DNA from: Candidatus Thorarchaeota archaeon
Lineage (GTDB): Archaea > Asgardarchaeota > Thorarchaeia > Thorarchaeales > Thorarchaeaceae
Direction: 5' to 3'
NCBI GenBank assembly: GCA_048884965.1
Contig: JBHLQH010000006.1
Coordinates: 1 to 64,000 of the forward strand
DNA length: 64,000 nucleotides
This document shows positions 46,206 to 57,118 of the stretch, one piece after another. Every line of letters begins with the position of its first letter. The first letter of the stretch is position 1. The translations under genes and the position numbers were made by a program. The notes below the pieces were generated by a model, which saw only the letters and a list, made by a program, of their open reading frames with translations, was not told the DNA's origin and did no database searches.

Positions 46206-49200
46206 ATGCGACTACGAGAAAAAAGACGTTCATTCTACTCGCTAGTTGCTGTTGGGATTTTTCTATTTTCCATGATTTACTCAGGAATGGCGACGCCAAT
46301 TCCTGAAGCAGGAACAGATTCTACAGTTATTTATTCTTATACTCAAACTTTGCCGGCGCAAAGCGGTGGAGAATCTGGCACATGGGTAAATTGGGAACAG
46401 GATTCTGACACAACAAGTGATGAGTGGACGTGGGAGAGTAAGAACTGGCTCTTTGGACCAAGTCCAAGCTTTGAGATATTCCATGAAAACGGATCTCCTT
46501 TGACCTCCGAAAGCTACGCTGAGATAAACGAGATTATTGATGTAGTAGTGACAGTACCTAAGGATATCCTACAAGGTGCAGATATTGGAGCAGTGAGATT
46601 CTACGGATGGTACAGAACCGCAGATTGGAACTTCTCAGCTGGTTTCGACTTCAGTTACGACAATTGGGAATATACATATCAAGCATGGAATGCTTGGAGC
46701 TATCAGTACAATAGGACTGATGAGGGAGGACCTCCACTGCCAAGCTTCGTAGATATCATTCCTACAAGTTGTTCTAACACAACTGATACACATAATTACT
46801 ACTTCACTTTTGCAGTTCGATTCACAGAATACACTCCACTGGGGCTATATGAACTGAACATGAATATTGAGGATAGTAATCACAACTACATTGGCTCATA
46901 CAACTTTGGCTCGGGATACCAGTTTCAAGGCATTGCCGTAGGAATGGACCCCGATGATGCTTGGAGCTACTCCTATGGAGGTAGCTATACGCTCCAAAAG
47001 TTGGATATGTCAGGTGATTTGCTATATTCAGTAAGTCGGGAAACTGACTTCAAGATGAGGTACAACATCACAGGAGACAATCCGGAATGGGCTATGCTTA
47101 GCTTCAATATGCCTGGTGGTATGCAAGTTCCTGTCACTCGAACTGGTTGGCATCAAATGCTTCAGACCTCTTTAGGAGGTTGGGTCTTTGATGAATCTCT
47201 TCAGACTTATGTTTGGGATGCTGGAGTAGAAGTCACGACTATGGTTGAAGTATATGGTCAGTACGATTCCTACGAATGGACAGACATAGGCCTATACTCT
47301 GAAGTCAATGTGACTCAACTTCGAGAGGAGTGGGACGGATCTACTTGGGTTAAATACCTCGAGAATTATACATACTGGGTAGAGAAGAAGATGTTCTTCC
47401 TGTACAACTTTACCTCTGGATTGTTTGAGGAATACTTCGGGTACCAGTACTATGGATATCCATATGATACTATTCTACCTGATACCTGGAACGAGGAGAT
47501 AACAGTCTTCGAACCTATCCCAGCTGACTTCCCAATCTTCTATGAAATGAATATTGGCGCATCTTCAGCGCAAACGATTGGCAATGAGATTGTCGTCGAT
47601 TTTGTTGGGCATTTCACAGAAATTATGCCTAAGACAGATCAATATTCATACTTTAGTTTCCAGACCCGTGTGATGGGTCCAGACTATGAGTTCTATCCAG
47701 ACACCTATGGTGAAAGACCAAGGCAAACACAACAAGACTTCGAGCTAGCAAGGAGCATAACAATTGAAAGCCCTGTTACTATTGCAAAGATTCTGAATTC
47801 CGATGGAACAGCACCTAATGGTTGGATGTTCCAAGTTGACCAAGAAGAAGAATTCAGAGTCCGAGGAAGACTTCAGGGAGGAAGTGCGATTGCAGACGAT
47901 ATCGATGGAGTTTCATTCTACCTAGAGGCATATGATAGCTTCTGGAGTGAAGATTACTACCGATGGTCAAACCTGCAATTTGTCATTGAAATTGAAAATG
48001 ATGGCACAGAAACACTGAAAGCTTTCAATATGACTCAGATGAACAACTACACCTTTGGTACATACATGGACTATGTTCTTATGAACCAAACAGGCTGGTA
48101 CTATTCCTACAACTCAACTACAAACTCTTGGCAGTGGGTCTATGGTGAGTACCAAGAATGGCAATGGGGTGAAGTAGAAGGCTGGCATTGGCAGGACTGG
48201 TACTTCAACCAAATAACCCAAAAATGGCAGAAAGAATGGATTCAGTATAGATCCGCAGAAACTGTTGTTTCAGCAAACTTTGGTACTGTATCATCGTATA
48301 CGAATTGGACAGATGGTGGTGATTTCTTCGCGACCTTCCTATTTACTCCTAGCACGAACATGCCCGAAACCAACTACTGGTGGGACTTCGCGTTCATGAA
48401 CCGAACTTGGTTTGAGGACTATTCTACAGGTTGGGGCGAGCATGAGGTCTTGAGCTGGGGTGAAGAATGGACACATAGCTTCGACTATAATACTGACCGA
48501 GTATATGTTGATGCTATTGTCGATAACCAGCTCGGTTATGAAGTTGTCAATGGAACAGCAAGTCCAACTACTCCTGATACTGGTGAGATGCTTCTTGGTA
48601 AAGAACGTCCATACATCATGATTGATGGAGTAAAGTACCCAATCAAAATACGTGAGAACTATGATCCTTGGAGTGGTTATACTTGGGAAACCCTGTATTT
48701 CTATGATCACTATGATCCAGCAACAGGACAAGATGTATACTACTACGAGCTATTGAATGGCACAAAGGTATGGGTATCATCTGTGGAAACATACTATATC
48801 TATAACGTTACTACAACAACCGGAGATAGTTTCCTAACTGCAATGGATTATGCGAACTCATACAATACTGGGTCAACATACGAATACTTCTGGATTGACA
48901 TTGATGGAGTTGTGCATCATGGCGACTATAGTATATATGGAACATACAACCTTGCATACTTTGGTTTCCATGACCAAGTTGAGAGAACCCCAAATCCAAC
49001 ATTCAAAGGATTTGTTCTGTATGGTACTGGACTTACCATGCTAAAAATCATTGATTTCTGGTGGAACAGTGCTACTCAGCAATATTACATGACCACTGAA
49101 GGCGGTGTTCTTGTACCGATGAAGTACAATTCGGCGACCTATCGATATGAGATATACTACGGTGGCTCTTGGCAACCATGCTCCTGGCCTCAGGAGTTCT

Positions 49201-52067
49201 TTACTGAGAACTATGATGGATCAGACCGGATGCTAGTCACTTACAACATCAATCGATATTACTTCACTGAAATTGGCGGGGTTGAGTACGAGATGCCATA
49301 CGAGGGTGCGAATGCAAATTGGCACTCTGACCTTGCACAGACAGAATCTGACGGTGGCTTAGTCCCTGTTACAACTTCTGTGTTCTATAACGGAAATGCA
49401 TACCCCGTGTTCAATGTAAGCACTACTGATTATGTGAAGATCGGTGGATTGGTCTACGAACTTATCGAAACATATTCTACCTATCTAAAGGCGAATGATA
49501 CAGAAGTATGGAATCCCACACTTGTTGGCTACAGTGGACGAATTGGAACCTATGATGGCGATCTCGTCTTTACTGAAGTTGATACGGTTCTCTATGGACC
49601 CAATGACTATCCATACTACTATTCCGGAAATGCCGACTATATTGATTTGCTAAATGGATCCACATGGATCATGAATGAAACCTATGTCATGACAATCTTC
49701 GAATATGATCTTGATGGTAAGGCATTCTTCTCAACACAAGAATGGCCTGCGTACCATGAGATTGGTAATGACAGCTGGTATCAGTACATTGCATTGAATA
49801 AGACGAACTACATTTTCGAAGAGTGGTATCGACCGCCGGTCGTAGACACATTTGCCGTACCTGTCTTCTATAATTATACATCCTATGAGTATGAGTTCTC
49901 CTTTGACGGAACTGATTATTCGGTTCCGAGCAGTGAATTCGGTGGCCGTTACGTGCGTGCCTATTTGATTCATAATGCAAACTATTCAGCAGGAGATATC
50001 TACTTCTATTGGGAGAACTATGGCTCTTCAGTGAAACCCGTCTATGAATTCGAATATCATTCTACCATTGTACAGGCATCTGCCGCCAAAGAGATGGTCG
50101 AAAGAGTTCGACTTCGCTGGGGATATGCTCTTGTGAACGGTCTCAAGAAGATTGATGGCGCTGTTTACAGGAACTTCTATGACTTTGTCCTAGGCACTCC
50201 TCAGTGGGGAATGTGGGGAATCAAGAATTGGGCCATCAATGAAGACAACGGTGCTCTTGACCTAGACGGTAACTTGGACACGACCAATGATCAATACTAT
50301 ATCCAAGAGGAATACAACTCGAAAGATAGCTGGACACACGAGTACAGCAAGATGTGGGTCAACCTAATGTGGGATCCAAACACTACTCTCTATGGAGATG
50401 ACATGAATGTTTGGTCTTGGATGGGCCTCGATACCTACACTTGGTCATATGAATGGAACCAGACATTCTATTGGTACGACGCCAACGATTTCACACAACT
50501 AACCTCTGCCGAGATGCAAGCTGTCATTGACACATTGATCTCTCCTGAGGGAGATCCAATGCCCGGTTATTGGGACATCTCTTGGATGGCCCAAAATGTG
50601 ACCTGGCAGGACATACTCGATGATGCGATTGCGAATGGCTGGGATTGGATAACCTCCAATGAACAGACTTGGACTTGGCTTAGCTTCGGCATAAGCCAGA
50701 ACTATGGTACAAGTTACGTCGAGGAGGATGTCGATCACTGGCTAAGTATCGGAATGCACTATGAGTTCAGCGGTCTAATGGTTTGGGAAGATGAGAATGC
50801 TGATGGTTTGATGCAGGTCGACCTCATTAACCCTGGTACAGCAGAACTGTCTCATTACCTAATGCCTGACTCCGTCGACTCAGTGTCTTTCGTGACTCCT
50901 GGAGAAGCATATGGTCAGTTTAGCGATAGTGGCAACATGGTCCGAGATATCGAAGATGAGATCACATGGGGCGTAGAGTTCCATGATGTCAATGGTACAG
51001 TATTCCCATTCACCACCTATGGTTACTGGGGATGGTACGATGGAGTAGTCTCTGGTTCTGACCTCAGAACATTCGATGAGCGTCCAACTAAGATCACTAT
51101 CGACGAGCTATCTTTCCTGGTACACTTCCAAGGATATCTGAACACCACTGAAGGTGCTGTGAACAACTATGCAGAGATCAAGGTTGACAACTATGTTGGC
51201 AACTGGAATGTTGATATGACCGGAGGTCGCAGCAATCTGGAGAACAGGTCGCTTGCGTTGAACTACTTCGCAGATGTACAGATGAATGACTTTGCCTTCA
51301 AGGCTAATGGTAGCTTTGCTGATGGCGAATCAACTGTGGCTGCTGATGTTTTCGGCTTCGAAACAGCAGGCGCCCAATTTGCGGAGATGATTATGGGTGG
51401 CGTGACCTATGATTGGGGTAAGAACACTACTGCACCTTATGATGTAGTAAGCATGACTACTCCAGTAGGAACCTTCCGACAAGCATTCGAGTCCGAGAGC
51501 GGACAGAGCGCTGTTGGATGGTCATCCACTTCAAGCATGTTCTATGTCACAATTGGCTTCCCACAGTGGGAGGGCTACAGTGTGATGCAAGACCCAGTCT
51601 TTGTCAGCTATACCTCAAGTCGTGGTACTTCAGCTCCGATCGGAACTGTTACCTTTGGAACCTTTGCGATTTCGCCAACAGTACCAGAAGATGGTGAACC
51701 AGTTACAGTCAGTGTTGACATAGTGTCTCAGATGCCCATTGACCAGGTCTATCTCGAGTATTCGACAGACATGGCTTCGTGGGATGAGAATTCTATGTGG
51801 AATAGCGGTGGAAGCACCTATTCAGGTGAGATACCTGGCTATCCCGATAACACTATCGTGTACTTCAGAGTACAAGTTGAAACTGGCGGACAGTGGACAA
51901 CCTCCCAACTTGGTTCGTATCGAGTTGGACAAGGTATCATCACTACACCAACTGGTCCAACTCCACCAACTGGTGGTGGCGATATCCCAGTAGAGCTAAT
52001 AGTCATGGTCGCTGGTATCGCAGTCGTTCTCGTAATCGTCTTGATGCTTGTGAAGCGACGAAAATAG
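46206..52067 (+). CDS. Giant Trp/Tyr-rich secreted glycoprotein with C-terminal TM anchor (S-layer-like candidate)
   Basis: Signal peptide; many N-x-S/T sequons; DLDGN and DENADG Ca-loop-like motifs; TTPTGPTPPTGGG linker, TM, KRRK. Confidence 0.8.
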   Translation: MRLREKRRSFYSLVAVGIFLFSMIYSGMATPIPEAGTDSTVIYSYTQTLPAQSGGESGTWVNWEQDSDTTSDEWTWESKNWLFGPSPSFEIFHENGSPLTSESYAEINEIIDVVVTVPKDILQGADIGAVRFYGWYRTADWNFSAGFDFSYDNWEYTYQAWNAWSYQYNRTDEGGPPLPSFVDIIPTSCSNTTDTHNYYFTFAVRFTEYTPLGLYELNMNIEDSNHNYIGSYNFGSGYQFQGIAVGMDPDDAWSYSYGGSYTLQKLDMSGDLLYSVSRETDFKMRYNITGDNPEWAMLSFNMPGGMQVPVTRTGWHQMLQTSLGGWVFDESLQTYVWDAGVEVTTMVEVYGQYDSYEWTDIGLYSEVNVTQLREEWDGSTWVKYLENYTYWVEKKMFFLYNFTSGLFEEYFGYQYYGYPYDTILPDTWNEEITVFEPIPADFPIFYEMNIGASSAQTIGNEIVVDFVGHFTEIMPKTDQYSYFSFQTRVMGPDYEFYPDTYGERPRQTQQDFELARSITIESPVTIAKILNSDGTAPNGWMFQVDQEEEFRVRGRLQGGSAIADDIDGVSFYLEAYDSFWSEDYYRWSNLQFVIEIENDGTETLKAFNMTQMNNYTFGTYMDYVLMNQTGWYYSYNSTTNSWQWVYGEYQEWQWGEVEGWHWQDWYFNQITQKWQKEWIQYRSAETVVSANFGTVSSYTNWTDGGDFFATFLFTPSTNMPETNYWWDFAFMNRTWFEDYSTGWGEHEVLSWGEEWTHSFDYNTDRVYVDAIVDNQLGYEVVNGTASPTTPDTGEMLLGKERPYIMIDGVKYPIKIRENYDPWSGYTWETLYFYDHYDPATGQDVYYYELLNGTKVWVSSVETYYIYNVTTTTGDSFLTAMDYANSYNTGSTYEYFWIDIDGVVHHGDYSIYGTYNLAYFGFHDQVERTPNPTFKGFVLYGTGLTMLKIIDFWWNSATQQYYMTTEGGVLVPMKYNSATYRYEIYYGGSWQPCSWPQEFFTENYDGSDRMLVTYNINRYYFTEIGGVEYEMPYEGANANWHSDLAQTESDGGLVPVTTSVFYNGNAYPVFNVSTTDYVKIGGLVYELIETYSTYLKANDTEVWNPTLVGYSGRIGTYDGDLVFTEVDTVLYGPNDYPYYYSGNADYIDLLNGSTWIMNETYVMTIFEYDLDGKAFFSTQEWPAYHEIGNDSWYQYIALNKTNYIFEEWYRPPVVDTFAVPVFYNYTSYEYEFSFDGTDYSVPSSEFGGRYVRAYLIHNANYSAGDIYFYWENYGSSVKPVYEFEYHSTIVQASAAKEMVERVRLRWGYALVNGLKKIDGAVYRNFYDFVLGTPQWGMWGIKNWAINEDNGALDLDGNLDTTNDQYYIQEEYNSKDSWTHEYSKMWVNLMWDPNTTLYGDDMNVWSWMGLDTYTWSYEWNQTFYWYDANDFTQLTSAEMQAVIDTLISPEGDPMPGYWDISWMAQNVTWQDILDDAIANGWDWITSNEQTWTWLSFGISQNYGTSYVEEDVDHWLSIGMHYEFSGLMVWEDENADGLMQVDLINPGTAELSHYLMPDSVDSVSFVTPGEAYGQFSDSGNMVRDIEDEITWGVEFHDVNGTVFPFTTYGYWGWYDGVVSGSDLRTFDERPTKITIDELSFLVHFQGYLNTTEGAVNNYAEIKVDNYVGNWNVDMTGGRSNLENRSLALNYFADVQMNDFAFKANGSFADGESTVAADVFGFETAGAQFAEMIMGGVTYDWGKNTTAPYDVVSMTTPVGTFRQAFESESGQSAVGWSSTSSMFYVTIGFPQWEGYSVMQDPVFVSYTSSRGTSAPIGTVTFGTFAISPTVPEDGEPVTVSVDIVSQMPIDQVYLEYSTDMASWDENSMWNSGGSTYSGEIPGYPDNTIVYFRVQVETGGQWTTSQLGSYRVGQGIITTPTGPTPPTGGGDIPVELIVMVAGIAVVLVIVLMLVKRRK

Positions 52068-52073
52068 TATAGT

Positions 52074-52107
52074 GAGGGGGTTTTCCCCCTCTACTCCTTT
52101 TCTTTTT
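52074..52107 (+). terminator. Hairpin + pyrimidine tract terminator
   Basis: GAGGGGG-TTTT-CCCCCTC then TACTCCTTTTCTTTTT. Confidence 0.65.
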
Positions 52108-52173
52108 AATTCTTGAAAAATGGTTCAGAACTATCATTGCTATTTCTATATGAAATCTCTTCGATATAGAAGA

Positions 52174-52578
52174 TTATTCCTTGAGAATCAATGGTTTCAT
52201 CTTTGAATAGAAGAATTCTAATCCTGCGATATGAGCTTCATAGATGCTATTGAAGGCATCATACGATATGCCTATGACGGGAAGCGCGTTTCGTAAAATG
52301 ATACAGTCCTTCTTGTCTAATCCAAAGGAAATCTCGACTAACTTCGCATTAGCTTTCAGGAGCTGCTCATAGGCTATTCTCTTCTGCTTTGCAGAAAGAC
52401 CATCAAGAGACATCAATCGTGTCGTGAGAGTTATCCAATTCTCTCCAGGGAATACTTCGATCTCCTCAGTCTTTGGAGGGCCATAGGGGGTCAAACTGAA
52501 TGTCTTTCTTCCTTTCTCTTCAAATGTGATCTCAAGTCTCTTAAGATACTCTTTCGTGATGTACCAAGTGGTACTCAT
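52174..52578 (-). CDS. YbjN / type III chaperone-like fold protein
   Basis: 134 aa; YEQLLKANAKL..ISFGLD..DCIIL pattern. Confidence 0.6.
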   Translation of the reverse strand: MSTTWYITKEYLKRLEITFEEKGRKTFSLTPYGPPKTEEIEVFPGENWITLTTRLMSLDGLSAKQKRIAYEQLLKANAKLVEISFGLDKKDCIILRNALPVIGISYDAFNSIYEAHIAGLEFFYSKMKPLILKE

Positions 52579-52724
52579 TCTGTCGTTTGCTCCTTAAGCA
52601 AGTCATAGGCTAATTATCAATGAACCTATTTCACTCTCTCGGTATAATAATATAACAAAAGCTAGTAAAAGTCTTCGTTTTCATATGAATTCCTGAAAAA
52701 GTATAGCTTCAGCTTCTCACGTCA

Positions 52725-53228
52725 TTACTCAAGTTGAACTCTACGTAGTTTTCCGACTTCCATGGGATCTTCATCTTGGTATTTACCATGCTGGTCACGA
52801 ATGACCAAGAGACCATCTTCATTGAAGCCCTCGATATATGATCCTTCGTGCACTCCCCATGCTCCGGCATCGGTATTCTCACGGACATACTTGAATGATT
52901 GGATTGCCCACTCGTTCAAATCTTCGGGTGATTTAGCTTCAGATGGTGCGGTATCTATCAGTCCGATCCAATCATATCGCACAACGCAATAATAGGGGTC
53001 CCCACTTAGTCTATCAGTTGATTGATCCATTGTTGTTCCTTCCCAACGAAAGACTACTGTGACGACTAGCCACTTTCCAATTTCCTGAGAGTTAGGCGCA
53101 CCGACAGGAGAACCATCTGGTCTAAAGCTACCAAAATCGGTATAATCGCTAAGCCAAGGAAGTTCCGCATGACTTTCTATTCTGCTCTCAAGTTCTTTCA
53201 TGAGTGCATCGGTCTTCATCTCTACCAT
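52725..53228 (-). CDS. Hypothetical protein
   Basis: 167-aa acidic ORF with GGAG upstream. Confidence 0.65.
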   Translation of the reverse strand: MVEMKTDALMKELESRIESHAELPWLSDYTDFGSFRPDGSPVGAPNSQEIGKWLVVTVVFRWEGTTMDQSTDRLSGDPYYCVVRYDWIGLIDTAPSEAKSPEDLNEWAIQSFKYVRENTDAGAWGVHEGSYIEGFNEDGLLVIRDQHGKYQDEDPMEVGKLRRVQLE

Positions 53229-53327
53229 TTCTCCAGCTGGTCATGTATCCTGCATACCTGCTTATAGTTTGTATTATCCATTGCCATTTCCGATCGGCTG
53301 ACATTTCCCTATCAAAGAATACAATAC

Positions 53328-53789
53328 TTAGTTTAATTCCAATTCCTCAAGCGCCTGCTTCAAGTAATCCTTTGTTTCTTGGACAAATATGCGTTGGAAT
53401 AGCTCTTCCTTTGCTACAAACTCAACTCTATCGATTTCTTCATCATTTGGTACTAGGTCATCGAATGTTCCTATGTATTCTACGAAGAACACTGTTGTTT
53501 CCTGCCTTTCGAATCCAGTCTTCTCTCTTATGTCCGAAGGGAATCTGAAGCAGAGCTTATCTTCCAGTTCCCTAATTATCCTAAATTTCTGTGAACCTGT
53601 TTCTTCTTTGAGCTCTCTCTTTATTGCTTCGAGATTCGATTCATCGTTATCCTTGATTTCCCCTCCTGGAATATACCATGCAAGTGGAACATCTACTGGT
53701 CCATTAGGTAAGTTCATCACCTTCACCTTGCCTACGAGGAGGTATTTGCTCTCTTTGTAGACTATTGCTCCGACTGCTTTCCTAATCAT
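53328..53789 (-). CDS. Nudix hydrolase (RppH/Ap4A-hydrolase-like)
   Basis: Nudix box GGEIKDNDESNLEAIKRELKEETG. Confidence 0.88.
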   Translation of the reverse strand: MIRKAVGAIVYKESKYLLVGKVKVMNLPNGPVDVPLAWYIPGGEIKDNDESNLEAIKRELKEETGSQKFRIIRELEDKLCFRFPSDIREKTGFERQETTVFFVEYIGTFDDLVPNDEEIDRVEFVAKEELFQRIFVQETKDYLKQALEELELN

Positions 53790-53928
53790 AAATCTCTCTT
53801 CTCCAACTCCTCAGTAACTGACACTCAGATGAATTATTCTCTGATATTGAATGCCATAAACAAGCATTGTAGGAAAATCCAGAGGCAAAAAAGAGGAGGA
53901 ATTACTACGATTCCTCCATTCGCTATAG

Positions 53929-55755
53929 TTAGATCAGCATACCAGCTGTCATGATCCAAACAACGAGTAATGTGGCCATTATTGACCCTAAGTATATCCT
54001 CCCTGTTTGCTGATAGAATGCTGTCATCAAGAAGAACAAACCTGCAAACAAAGGAAGATATGCCATGAGGAAGATACCATAGAGACCCATATTCAGTATC
54101 GGTCCAGTTCCCAACAGGAACATGGGGAGATAGTTCACAAGGATCATCAGTAGCAGTACAGACTCCATTGCAATTACGATCTTGGCCCACCAAATCAATA
54201 GTGTCTTCAATTGTGACTCATATTCTGGTTGACGAATCATTCCATAGGCGAATACACCTCCGTTAATGAGAAAGAACGGGAATACCGGAATGATGTTCAC
54301 AAGAAATTGCATGAACTTCTCTGGTGTGAATCCTTTGAACACAGGCCACATGTACCTCAACTCTATATTCCAGAAGAATTGGGTCGACACCGCCACTAGG
54401 TATAGATACGTGAAAAGAAAGACCGACAGCAAAATTGAGCGGAAGATCACATCCCAATTCTCGGGATCTCTGATACTCTTAAATCTGCCAACATCTTCGT
54501 ATGTTATGCCACCTTCTCCCTGAGAGTTCTTCTTGAACCATGATCTGAAGAAGATATACCCGATCAAAGCGTTGACCAAGAACCACACGATAAGTCCGTT
54601 TCCTGTTACCAAGAGGAAAACAGGTAGAACTGATGCAAGGACAGCTCCTCCAAACAATCCAAGCATTGGTAGAAATAGAAAGGTGACTCCTCCTATCACC
54701 GCATTGAGTAAAGCGAACATCCACCACTGTTTCCCTGTAGTAGGTATTCTTTGAGGAAGTGGTCTAACGATTTTGCTAAAGTAAGGGATCTCCAAGAGAA
54801 TACTAGCAAGTGGGATCAATGAAAGAAATGACACAATTAGTGCAAACAGTGTAGCACCTTCTCTAATCATGTATGTTTGCGTTTCAATTCCTGAGATTTC
54901 CCAAGCTGCTGACTCAGTATATCCTGCTAGGGCTTGGAGCATCCATGCTGTGGTTTCAGCAACTCCCTTCTGATTCCAAGTTGCACCTGGATGTGTACAG
55001 GGGCATTGAGCATATCTATGGGCCGATCCATTCGCAAAATTACCATAGGTGTAGTCAACTTGAGATACTTCTGGACCTGATAGTCCTTCATTCTGCGCAA
55101 TCATCGCTAGGCTATCTGCAAGGAAATCCGCACGTGTTTGGCTAGTAAATAGTTCCTCATAGAATGACCAGACTGCAAGGTAGTTGTTCATGTAGTTGTT
55201 CTCAGTCAAGTTGTAGGGACCATCTGCCTGAATTGCAATGGCTCTATGATCTGGGTTCATCGCAGCTATTGCACTTGCAGTACCGGCACCCATTGAGTGA
55301 CCTACAAGTCCTAGTTGTGTGGCATCGACAAACGAGAGAGTCTTTAGCCACAGATAAGCCGCGTTCCCTCCAAGTGTAGCGGCTCCCATCCCGGTTAGAG
55401 CTTCTAGGAAGTTAATGACACGGTCAGAATCCCCATGGCTAAGCTCATCCAGAGCTAATGCTACGATTCCTCTTTTCGCTAGCTCAAGAGCTGCTGGTCC
55501 CTCGGTGTCCTTGTCATTATTCATTCCATGAAGAAGCAGGACTGCTGGAGCCGGATTATCCTCTGTAGCTGTCAGCGGTCGATATAACTTGCCTGTAACA
55601 ACTAGTCCATTCTCTTCAATTATTCTGATATTGTCTACATCTATTGTTCCAAAATTGATTTGTATAGCAAAGCCTACAAATGCGGACGAACCAATTAGAA
55701 TCAGACAAAGAAGAAAGAGTTGTCTTTTCTTATCTAGTCCCTTTATCCGTTGCAT
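53929..55755 (-). CDS. alpha/beta hydrolase fused to multi-TM C-terminal domain
   Basis: PAVLLLHG, nucleophile elbow GHSMG, THPG; ~8 C-terminal TMs. Confidence 0.85.
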   Translation of the reverse strand: MQRIKGLDKKRQLFLLCLILIGSSAFVGFAIQINFGTIDVDNIRIIEENGLVVTGKLYRPLTATEDNPAPAVLLLHGMNNDKDTEGPAALELAKRGIVALALDELSHGDSDRVINFLEALTGMGAATLGGNAAYLWLKTLSFVDATQLGLVGHSMGAGTASAIAAMNPDHRAIAIQADGPYNLTENNYMNNYLAVWSFYEELFTSQTRADFLADSLAMIAQNEGLSGPEVSQVDYTYGNFANGSAHRYAQCPCTHPGATWNQKGVAETTAWMLQALAGYTESAAWEISGIETQTYMIREGATLFALIVSFLSLIPLASILLEIPYFSKIVRPLPQRIPTTGKQWWMFALLNAVIGGVTFLFLPMLGLFGGAVLASVLPVFLLVTGNGLIVWFLVNALIGYIFFRSWFKKNSQGEGGITYEDVGRFKSIRDPENWDVIFRSILLSVFLFTYLYLVAVSTQFFWNIELRYMWPVFKGFTPEKFMQFLVNIIPVFPFFLINGGVFAYGMIRQPEYESQLKTLLIWWAKIVIAMESVLLLMILVNYLPMFLLGTGPILNMGLYGIFLMAYLPLFAGLFFLMTAFYQQTGRIYLGSIMATLLVVWIMTAGMLI

Positions 55756-55838
55756 GATTCTCTTCTCCTATATAGAGCCTTGAAACGGATTCATACAAAC
55801 AGCAATCCACGAGAATAATCTTCCGATTCAAAGAAGAC

Positions 55839-56633
55839 TCATTCCAACCAGAAATGCGTTTGATACACATCAGGATCAGTAAATCCTAGCTTGGTTGCCA
55901 GCTTTGCTGAAGGCGGATTGTCAGCATCCCAATGAGGAACAAGTCCCATCTCTAGACTGTGTTTGATCAGTTTTGCTGCCGGTATCATTGCTAGTCCTCT
56001 CTTCTGGTACTCGGGATCGGTTTCTATGTGGATTTCGAAGTTACCCTCTTCAAATGGTGTTGCAGCCAAAGTCAAGGATATTATTCTATCATCTTTCCTT
56101 AGACAATATCCAAAATTCGTCTTCATGAAGCTATCTAGATCTGGAAATAGTAGTTTGACGATTCCTTTGGCTTGCTGTGAAATAAGATGGATCGTGTCCC
56201 GGGTTAATGGTTCCAAATGCATGCTCTCAGGTATTTCTTCTAAAATATTGTTCATATGCTCGATGGTAAGATTCTTGGAAGAGAACTTTGTTCTTTCTCT
56301 TGATTTGAGTTTCTCTCCCCAATGTTCCTTCATCTTAGCAGTCCATGTATCATCAGGTACAACCAACAGGAATCTTTGAGGCACACGTTCTAATAATTCA
56401 GGTACCAATGGATAATTTGCATCTCCGGTAACAAAGATTAGAAATTTATAGCTCAGCATCGCGACCTTTGGCTCATCCAAGTCATCTACATACACAACTC
56501 CTAATCTCTGTCTAAGAAGCGATTTCGAAAGAAGGCCAAGGTACTGATTTCCTTCAAAGAGCGCAATGAGATTCGGGTGCTTATCTGAGGGTATCTCAAT
56601 GATCATCGTATCTACCAGCATCAGTTTAGTCAT
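55839..56633 (-). CDS. GNAT-family acetyltransferase
   Basis: IETDPEYQKRGLA, PHWDADNPPSAKLATKLGF. Confidence 0.88.
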   Translation of the reverse strand: MTKLMLVDTMIIEIPSDKHPNLIALFEGNQYLGLLSKSLLRQRLGVVYVDDLDEPKVAMLSYKFLIFVTGDANYPLVPELLERVPQRFLLVVPDDTWTAKMKEHWGEKLKSRERTKFSSKNLTIEHMNNILEEIPESMHLEPLTRDTIHLISQQAKGIVKLLFPDLDSFMKTNFGYCLRKDDRIISLTLAATPFEEGNFEIHIETDPEYQKRGLAMIPAAKLIKHSLEMGLVPHWDADNPPSAKLATKLGFTDPDVYQTHFWLE

Positions 56634-56648
56634 TTAATGATATATGAA

Positions 56649-57113
56649 TTAGATTGAGCTAGCAATGGTTCTCCATGCAGTACCGTCTTCAAGTGAATGA
56701 TATGCAATGTATGATAAACAGATACCGATGCTTGAGTATGTCGTGATGACTATCGACGATATTAAGCCACTTGCGTGTATTGAAGCTTCCCCAAAGATGT
56801 AGAATGTTGATAGATACGTGGTTATGGTGATTACAAGATATCCAAATAGGATTGCGATCAGATTAGAATATGCAAAGCGATGTAGTAGATATCCAAGTGT
56901 GTTCGATTTGTCTACCATATTGATGATGAGGAATATCTCTCCGAAGGACACGAGCAGACCGATTAGAACACATATTCCTGCAAGTGATTGAATGAAGTGG
57001 TTTCCGGATGCTCCTAGAATTAGAAGTATGATACTAATTGAGAGAATCAAACTGCATACAATTGCATACCCTTTTCGAACCGCTGCATTCTCCAGTATCT
57101 TGTTAAATCGCAT
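56649..57113 (-). CDS. 4-TM membrane protein
   Basis: 154 aa, four hydrophobic helices, coupled to the upstream esterase. Confidence 0.7.
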   Translation of the reverse strand: MRFNKILENAAVRKGYAIVCSLILSISIILLILGASGNHFIQSLAGICVLIGLLVSFGEIFLIINMVDKSNTLGYLLHRFAYSNLIAILFGYLVITITTYLSTFYIFGEASIHASGLISSIVITTYSSIGICLSYIAYHSLEDGTAWRTIASSI

Positions 57114-57118
57114 CTATG

